From Eledone cirrhosa (lineage: Eukaryota), in assembly GCA_964016885.1 (NCBI GenBank), contig OZ024741.1, forward strand, positions 51,894,001-51,958,000: a DNA stretch of 64,000 bases. The letters are read 5' to 3'. Both the position numbers and the translations under genes were made by a program. The number at the start of each line of letters is the position of its first letter. Position 1 is the stretch's first letter. A model generated the notes under the pieces. It had not been told where the DNA came from, did no database searches, and saw nothing but the letters and a program-made list of their open reading frames with translations. Of the stretch, positions 55,327 to 64,000 are shown in pieces.

Positions 55327-57171
55327 GAACACGACACTAGAGTTCCAAAGGATCTTACTTTACAATTCTTTTTTTTTTCAGCAAATTATCTTAACTCTTC
55401 CTTTTTTGTATTTATGGGTTTTTTTTTCCTAAGAAAATCCGTTCTTTATATGTAATGTATATATATACATATATATAAAAGACAAATATCGAGTGTATAA
55501 ATGTATGTAATAAATAGTTGGATGAAATTTGTAAAACCCCTCTGATAGTTTGGTGTGGTTTCTTTCAATGGATCATTTAAAATAGAGAGGGTTGCTTAAA
55601 TACATTTATATATATATGAAAAAATATCAAATGCTATAATTAGATATGTCTGTATGTGTGCGTATGTGTATGTATAAATATGTATGTGTACCCCCACATA
55701 TTTATGTAAATATATATATGTGCGTGTGTGTGTAGTTGTTTGACCAGTTTGTCAGTGAAAGGTAACGTCATATTGGGTGGTTGCAAATATCAACTTACTG
55801 TCATGTTAATAACCTACAAAAATCACGTCTGAAGGTGTTTAGTTATCGTATCTTTTCCTCTCCCGCACCTTTCTTCCTATTTTACTCCTGCGTCTTCGGT
55901 GTTGTATGTATGTATGTATGTATGTATGTATGTATGTATGTATGTATGTATGTATGTATGTATGTATGTATGTATGAGGGAGCTTATAGATGTGTGTATG
56001 TATGAGGGAGCTTATAGATAGGACAACACACGCTGTCTTTTCGTGGGGTAAGTTTTTAATTAATTTTTGTATTCTGAAACATGAAAATACAACAATATTT
56101 TGGTCACTGGACTCTGGAATGTCACGACAGAAGTTTTAAATCAACATATGTTGGTTTAAATCAACATATGTTTAAAACTTCACTATTCACATATTCACAA
56201 GTATTTTTTAACCTTCATATCATCTATTCCTATTTTATCTGATGAAAACGCAAATGTCATCTCATGATGATATTTGTTTTTGAAATGCGCATAATAAAAT
56301 ACTTGGAACTCTTTTAACCATCTTTTGATCTTATATTATTTATACTCCAGTCCTACAAACTGTAGAGTGCTACTTATCCAATATTTGCATTGCTTTATTG
56401 TACTACAATAAAACTCACCTCCTACATATATATATATATATGTATATGTGTGTATATACATCACTCAGTCAAACGACCAGATTTCAACCCCAACATCTAC
56501 AACACCGGCACTAATGTTTACAGTAACAACAGCTTCAGAATGAATTGAAATGAACATTTACAACAACAACAACAGCGGCATCAAACGATAAAAAAACAAC
56601 AACAAACAAACAAAAAAAACTCAAAATAACAAAACACACACACACACACGCACACAACACAACAACAACATCAACTGCCACCACCACCACCACCACCGCC
56701 GCCATCACCATCACCAACGACCGGGCCTTAAGAAAACAACTTTAATAATAATAATTTTTCTGCTTTTGGCACGGATCCAGCGACTGGTCCAGCGCATTAC
56801 TGGTACTCTCTTTTGTTGACTCCGTGGGGATGAAAGGCAAGGTTGACCTCGGCGGGATTTAAACTCAGAGCGTGGAGAGTCATAACTCTATGCTGTATAG
56901 CAATTATAATAATACTGGACTGTAATACGAACGGCTTCAACTATACAAACTCTTGAAAGTCAACAGTTGACATAATCTTGTAATTTGTATCAGTAATGAC
57001 GGTAATATATATATATATATATGTGTGTGTGTAAGTGAGTAGCGTGTGTGTGTGTTTGTTTATATGTATGAGTGTTGCTGTGTGCGTGCGTATGTATGCG
57101 TGTGTGTGCGCGTATGTATGCGCGTGTGTGTATGTCGTACGTATAAGTGTCAATAAGTGAGTTTTTTTAGT

Positions 57172-57482
57172 TTTTTTTTGCGCGTGGGGACATAGAAATA
57201 ATCGGGCTGGATGCCCGATCGCGCAGTTGAACCACTGGGAGTGAAGAACCCCTATCCCTTGTCAGGGCATTCTTCTAGGAGAAGGCATCTCAGGAAACTG
57301 GGTTAACTCCGACATAAAACCTGCGGCTCAGTAGTTACCGATGATGTTGATCTTTTCTTCTTTTAGGGTTATAGTTACTGTCGCTCAGAGAGTGGCATTG
57401 GCTCAGTGCACAGTCTTTCCTCACTTTAAAAATATTCGTCACGCACAGGCATTGCACGATTGCATTAATAATTATTAATAGT

Positions 57483-57485
<3 letters not shown>
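57172..57485 (+). mobile_element. 5' end of RTE element (same family as 24324-28615)
   Basis: Reverse complement of 28312-28615 with few substitutions. Confidence 0.85.
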
Positions 57486-57517
<32 letters not shown>

Positions 57518-57518
57518 G

Positions 57519-57590
57519 TTCTTTGAGTCTCAGTCATTGATGTTAGTTAACTGGAAAGTTTGTTGAAATGAATATCAAGCCACTACCTAA
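57519..57590 (-). mobile_element. 70-bp 3' terminus of the Dong-like element, at (TAA)n
   Basis: Matches 59259-59330. Confidence 0.8.
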
Positions 57591-59156
57591 ACATTTATGT
57601 GTATATGTAAGCTTCCACCTAACCCTTCTAACACAGAAAAAATATATATGTAAATTAGTTCTTTAGAAATGTGTGGTCGTGTGCTTTATCTTCCTTACTA
57701 TTACAATTGGGCTTGAAACATAATTTAAATTCAGCAATGTTTTCTCAGAAATGAAATATTTTCTCAGAAATGAAATATTTTCTCAGAAATGAAATATTTT
57801 CTTAAATTCTGGTGTGATTAGTTAATCCAAAGGCAAGGAAACCAGACGATTATCATTATATAAATATATACATAAATCGTAGTAATGAAAATTATGTGTG
57901 GTCGGTAATGAAAGTTGAAAGAAATTAAGTTAAAATAGAGCTTGACGGGTGACGGCCGATCCGGTATGAGATTTTATCATTTGACATTTACTTTATTTTG
58001 TCGCGTTTTATCCTTAACCGCCAAGGGGTAATCATTTCGTGTTACCACTTCTGGGACGAGTGTCAACCAAGACTAGAGGAGTCGTCCTTCCCTAGAGACA
58101 CGGCTATTCCCCCGCCGGCCGCCATCCCGGTATTTCTTGGTCGCGGGGTTTTCTTTTTTGTTGATTTTTTAAATTGTTATTATCATGAGTGGTTCCTTAA
58201 TGTGAGCATTGCGTGGCTTAAGAATGAAATTATTATTAATAATATAATATACTTTTTGTTGAAGTAGCCTGTTATTGTTGTTGGCTATGTCGGTGGTGGT
58301 GCTGGGGCTTTTTCTATTGTTGATGGGGAAGGGGAGAGCCAGCAGTGCCATATCGGTGACGTTTGACCGGGTCACTAAGTCAGTCTATTTATATCTTTTG
58401 CTAGCCTCTCCCTTGTCTAGTGATACCGCCACCTTCCCCTTTCTTAAGTTAACAGAAGGTAGTCGAGGAATAGTGGTGGTAGCAATGAAGGAGTGGTGGC
58501 GGCGGTGATGGGATAGTGGTAGCAATGATGGAGTAGCGGCGGCAGTGACTATAGTGATGGGATTGTGGTAGCAATGATGGAGTGGTGGCGGCGGTGACTA
58601 TAGTGATGGCGTTGTCGTTACTAAGTTTTGTTGAATAGACTGTAGTAGTATGCGTTTGTTTGACCTGTGTATCTATGCGGTTTGTCGCGTATGTTTAATA
58701 TATGTGTTGACATATTTTCTTAATATATGAATTAAACATTTTGAAAAAACTTGAGATACAATAATAGTAATTATTATTATTATCCTTGGATTGGTGGTGG
58801 TGGTGGTGAAATTGCCGTTATCTGTTGTATTTAGTGTACACAGAGGGGTGATAGGATAGGTGGTGTATCTAGTTTGTGGTGTTGGTGAAATTACTGTTAT
58901 TTGGCTGTTTATATAATGTAGACAGGGGGGTTTTCTTCCATTTATAACTATTTTCTTTTTTGAATATAAAATTTATAATACAAAATTGAATATTTGAGCG
59001 ATATTATGGATCCGTATTTTCTGAAAGCTGAGTCTGACGCTTTATGTCTCATTTGTATTAAGAATTGTTATATCACAATTGTTTTAAATGTGTTAAAAAT
59101 CAAAAACTTACGGCAGCGGTTCCATAACATTCTATCCACCACGTGCGTCTTCTTCC

Positions 59157-59251
<95 letters not shown>

Positions 59252-59254
59252 GTT

Positions 59255-62200
59255 ATTACTCTTTGAGTCTCAGTCATTGATGTTAGATAACTGGAAAGTT
59301 TGTTGAAATGAATATCAAGCAACTACCTGCAGCCTCAGATATTCAGGACGTATCGGAGGGTTCTTGCTGTTCCCAGCAAGCATGCCTTTTGAAGCGTTCC
59401 AAAAAGCGTGAAGGGGCCAATTTTCTTTAACCAACCCTGGAAACTGTTTGAGATAGTCCCTAGTGCGCCTATGACAATCGGGATCACTTTGACATCATGG
59501 CAGTTCCAAATCCTTTTTACCTCCCACTTTAAGTCCTGGTATCGGTTAATTTTCTCCCTCTCCTTCTCTTGCACTCTCGTGTCGAATGGGCAGGCCACAT
59601 CCACAATCAGGCACGATCTTTTTTCCTTGTCCAAAACCACCAGGTCAGGTCTATTGTGTTCCAGTTTTTTGTCCGTCTGTATCCTAAAATCCCATAGCAC
59701 CTTCACCTGATCGTTTTCTATCACCGCCTCTGGCTTATGCTCATACCACTTCTCAGAATGTGGTAAATTGTTTACTTTGCATAGGTGCCAGTGGATCACC
59801 CTGCCCATCACATCATGTCTCCAGCCTTTATAGGGAGTCTGGGCTAGGTGTTTACACTCGGATACAATGTGAGCCACAGTCTCCTCTCTCTACAGATCCT
59901 GCACAGTGGGCTAGCCTTCTCCTTGTAAATATGGTGTTTCAGCCACTTCGTTTTGAGGGCCTGCTCTTGCGCAGCCATTAGCATTCCCTCTGTAGCCTTT
60001 TTAAGGTCTCCTCTTCTCAACCAGTTCCATGTCTGTGGATCTCTGAATTCCGTTTTCTCAAAGAAGATACTATGAAGGGATTTTCATGAAGGTTGCTCTT
60101 TCTCCTTGGACATCCCCTGGTCTATTGTCCTCTCCTTCAGTACAATTTTGAGCATTGGCTCCTTACTATCGGTCACGTATTTGTGTAGGTTGTTTTTCTC
60201 CATCTGAACACAGTCCTCTATGCTGATAAGACCTCTTCCACCTTCATATCTCCTTAAGTAGAGTCTATCGACATCACTCCTCTTGTGGAACATGTTGTAG
60301 ATAGTCAATAGCTTCCTAGTCTTCCTATCCATTTCTTTTTGTTCAGCAACATTCCATCTCAGAATTCCTGCACTGTACCTAATAATAGACACAGCTCGGG
60401 AATTTACTGCACTTATGGCATTCCTACTGTTCAGATGTGACTTTAATACGCTCCTTACTCTCCGAATGTATTCAGATCTTATCAATTTCTTCATTTTTTA
60501 TTCTTGATGTCATCAGCCTCCAGAATACCCAAATACTTGTATCCTTCTTCGGTGTCAATTTCCTTTATCATCTCACCTGTTGGTACCTGGATTCCGTTGC
60601 TTCTGCTCAATTTACCCTCTTCATCACAATGACTCCACACTTACTAATACCAAATTGCATACATATATCATTGCTGAAAATACGGACAGTATCAACAAGC
60701 ACATCCAACTCCTCACTCTTCCCGAAGAGCTTAAGATCGTCCATGAAGAGGAGGTGATTGATGGTAAGCTCTCCCTTTCCCAACTTGTATCCTGCTCTCA
60801 CTTTTCGCAGTATAATGGTCAGGGGCATCAGGGCAAGGACAAACAACAGAGGGGACAGACTATCTCCCTGGAAGATACCTCTCTTGACCTTCACGCCTCC
60901 CAAGGATTCTCCAGCTGATGTTAACTCTGTTTTCCAGGACTTCATACTTTTGCTCAACAACTGTCTGATGTTATCTGCCACCTTGAAGATTTCTAGGCTT
61001 TTGGTGATCCAAGAATGAGGCACCATGTCAAATGCCTTTTTGTAGTCTATCCATCCGATGGCAAGCTCAGTGTGTCTCCTCTTGCAATTCCTCATTACCA
61101 TCTTATCAATAAGTAACTGGTCCTTTGTACCACGTGACTTCTTTCGGCACCCTTTCTGTTCGTCCGGTAACAAGTTGTTTGTGTGGAGGTGATGGTAGAT
61201 TTCCTCAGACACAATGCTTGTCAACAATTTCCACATTACGGAGAGACATGTGATAGGTCTATAGTTTGGTAACATCATTACCCTTGATTCGGTCTTTCAT
61301 TATCAGAACTGTGGTACCTTTTGTCAACCACTCTGGTACCTCACCTGACATCAAGCAGTCATTGAACATGGTTGTCAGTTTCGGGTGGAGGGATATTACA
61401 TGTTTAATCCAATACCCCTGCACACCATCTGGGCCTGGTGATTTCCAGTTGGTTAGTTTTTTGGCCTGCTCCTTAAGAGTTTCAACTGTGATACTCAAAT
61501 CAGTTTGTTGGTGTGCCTGTTCACTAATCTCCTTTTGTACTGTCTCAATCCACACTGCCTGGTCATTATGTTTAACATCCTGCTCCCATATTCCTCTCCA
61601 GAATGTTTTAGTTTGTTCCGCCTCAGGGATCAAGTCGTTGCCTCTTTCTTTCCCTTCAAGCTGTCCAAACAGCATCTTCTGGTTGTTGTCAAACATGCGG
61701 TTCTGTCTATACTGACTGACTCTGCTCTCGTATCGCCTAATTTTTGCACTCTTTGCTACAATGCGTTGCTTCAGTTCCTCTATGATACTATTTAGCCTTT
61801 TCCTCCTAGTTTTGTACTTTATTTCCAGTCTATTTTTAGTGTCTATGTATTTTAGTGTCCCATTCAGTAGGGACTCAAGCTTTCCAGTGTCATTTCTCAT
61901 TTCCCTGATTTGACCATTCAGTCGTTTCTTCCACCAAGGTTCTGATCTTTCTTGTTTGTTGTTTCCTCTCGCTTTTATGCCAAGAAATTTCCTCACCGCA
62001 TTTGCTGTTGCTTTGAAAATATTGTTGCACTGGCGAAGGCTCCTCGCCTCAAGGTATGGGATGACTTTGTTTACCTTAGCTGTTGTTTCTTTTAACTTTT
62101 TCCTGTCTACAAATCTTAGGTTCATTGGTTTCTCACTATCATTGTTCATTTCATCTACCACTAAGTTTAGGATATCAACCAAATCTTGTCCTAGCCCGTC

Positions 62201-62875
62201 AGCATTCATCTCAATGGCCGTATCTTTGTTCCAGGTATTATTTATTTCAGCATTCAGATCATTGTCTGCTTCGGATGGTTCCTCCGTTCTCTCAACCTCT
62301 TCACCTTCATTTCCCACTGGGCCGTTTGCCTGGCATACTCCACTCTCCATTTCCAACCTAATCTCTCTGTTCAGTTCCTCCAGTTCCAGCTCGCTTATCC
62401 ACCCATTAGTTCTTATTACCCGAGCTTGCCCGGCCAATTTTTGTTCATCTAATTTAAATAGACCAATCTCGTTCCAGATGTTATGCATCCGTTTCCTATA
62501 GCCTTTTTCCTTAGGGTTACTCTTCAGGTAACATTGCATAACAGTTCTATTCAATTCTTTCGTCCAGTTGGTTCTGGTCCCTTTCTTTCTTCTTCCTACC
62601 AAACCAGCAGTATTTGGTTGACAGCCAGGTCCCTGCTGCTGAGCCAGGGAGCACCTGCTGGGTGAAAGTCTGTCACATGATATTCCAGTCTCCATTTCAT
62701 CGTTATTCGAACAATTTAGGTTCGACATTGAAACACTCTTATCGAGGATTGGCGAATGTATGGTTACATAACCACCGGTGATTTCATCACCTCTGGTGAT
62801 TTGATCACCCTCGATGATTTTAGCGTGGCACTATCACGCTGTAGACGAACATAAATAAACAAACAAACAAATAGG
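59255..62875 (-). mobile_element. Near full-length R4/Dong-like element, frameshifted, flanked by (TAA)n
   Basis: ORF pieces 61259-62728, 60607-61278, 60084-60494, 59335-59877: KSPGPD, NYRPITC, IDYKKAFD, GIFQGDSLSP, LFMDD, RHD, RPDLVVLD...DVACP. (TTA)n at 59157-59254 and 62878-62902. Confidence 0.9.
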
Positions 62876-62904
62876 TAAATTATTATTATTATTATTATTA
62901 TTCT

Positions 62905-63105
62905 CCATTTATGGCGGTGGATTGGCAGTATCGGTAGAGGGTCGGACGCCATGCTTTCCAGCATAGTTACGTCTCTTTACGATCTGAGTTCAAATCCCGC
63001 CGAGGTTGACTTTGCCTTTCATCCTTACGGGGTCGATAAAATAAAGTACCAGTAATGCACTGGGTAATTGCTGGCCTTGTGCCTAAAGTAGAAACAATTA
63101 TTCTC
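62905..63105 (+). mobile_element. tRNA-derived SINE copy
   Basis: ggcggtggattggcagtatcggtagag...gagttcaaatcccgccgaggttgactttgcctttcatccttacggggtcgataaaataaagtaccag. Confidence 0.7.
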
Positions 63106-63608
63106 CATTTAGCCGGGAAGGGCAGGCAGTTTTTATCTGTCTGGTGGCCATAGCGAAAGAGATAGTATGGTGGGCACGTTTGAAAGGGCTGAAGACGAGC
63201 ACTTACCTCTTCGGTGATGCCCTGATTAACTTTTTCAAATTTCATTTGAAAAGGAAAATCAGGGTAGAGAGGAAAGTGCTCTCTTCCCAGCATTTTGTTG
63301 AAAGATGGGTGAGAGAAGCAAGTATGGCCCGAATGAATGGGCCTTCTCTGAGTATGTGTCTGTAAATTAAAGGTGGAAAACTGGGAGAGGGCACTTGCCC
63401 TGGTGGTCAGGGCCACTGTGGTCTTTTAATGGGCTTTCTCCACAAATGTCCCTCCGAAGTCTCCCCCCTATTGGGGAATTTTTCTTTGTTATTTTATTTC
63501 AACCTCTGTTTTTTTTACACGCAGAAATGCCCATTTGTACCGTCCTGTATTGTCCTGTACTGTCCTTAATGTCTACTTTATGTAAACCCTTATGGTTAAT
63601 AAAGAAAA
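63105..63608 (+). mobile_element. Tx1-clade 3' fragment
   Basis: AIAKEIVWWARLKGL...RMNGPSL matches the end of the Tx1 ORF at ~33500-33715; ends aataaagaaa. Confidence 0.85.
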
Positions 63609-63609
63609 C

Positions 63610-64000
63610 ATTATTGTTACTATTATTATTATTATTATTATTATTTTTTTTTTTTTCAAATTCAATGATGTTCCAGAACAATGTAAAAGAGATAATTGGC
63701 AATTTAGGTTCTGGAACAAAAAAGATAATTGCCAATAAGGGCAGGGGCCCCAGGTTATCACAGCCTGGGCCTGCTCGTCATCCTGCTATTGTAATAGAGC
63801 CGAACAAGGCATTTAGTCTTGGGTGCTGGAACGTACGGACGCTGCTTGACAGGGATTCCTTGGAGTGTCCTGAACGAAGGACCGCTCTTGTTGCAAAGGA
63901 GCTTCGACGTTACGATCTTGAAATCGTGGCTTTATCTGAGACGAGGTCAGCTGGAGATGATCATCTTACAGAATTTTGTGGAGAATATACATTCTTCTAG
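63610..64000 (+). mobile_element. Continuation of RTE element: start of ORF (APE endonuclease N-terminus), runs off the window
   Basis: Reverse complement of ~27905-28300: GCWNVRTLLDR...ERRTALVAKEL.RY...ALSETR. Confidence 0.88.

Noticed and set aside
57740-57802. Three 19-bp direct repeats (ttttctcagaaatgaaata) as a regulatory array
   Set aside because: Most simply a local slippage duplication; no supporting context.
62905-63000. tRNA gene
   Set aside because: A/B-box-like head continues into a SINE core; no cloverleaf evident.

Overview
AT-rich, microsatellite-dense eukaryotic DNA. The repeat landscape looks like an octopus/cephalopod-type mollusc genome (inference, not verified). Most of the window is mobile DNA: an intact R4/Dong-like RLE retrotransposon, RTE, RTE-X, Tx1 and CRE-like LINE copies, Penelope-like remnants carrying hammerhead-ribozyme motifs, a Helitron helicase remnant, SINEs, and 24/12/30-bp satellites. 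The only convincing non-TE genes are two intronless, convergently oriented paralogues (44400-46406 +, 53359-55326 -). They encode membrane GT2 glycosyltransferases whose motifs match the bacterial beta-1,2-glucan synthase OpgH/MdoH, which suggests a horizontally acquired glucan-synthesis system in an animal. Their catalytic cores are near-identical over ~0.9 kb, consistent with gene conversion. Between them lies a cluster of fold-back hairpins in (TA)n arrays. All family assignments come from motif recognition by eye; no searches were run.
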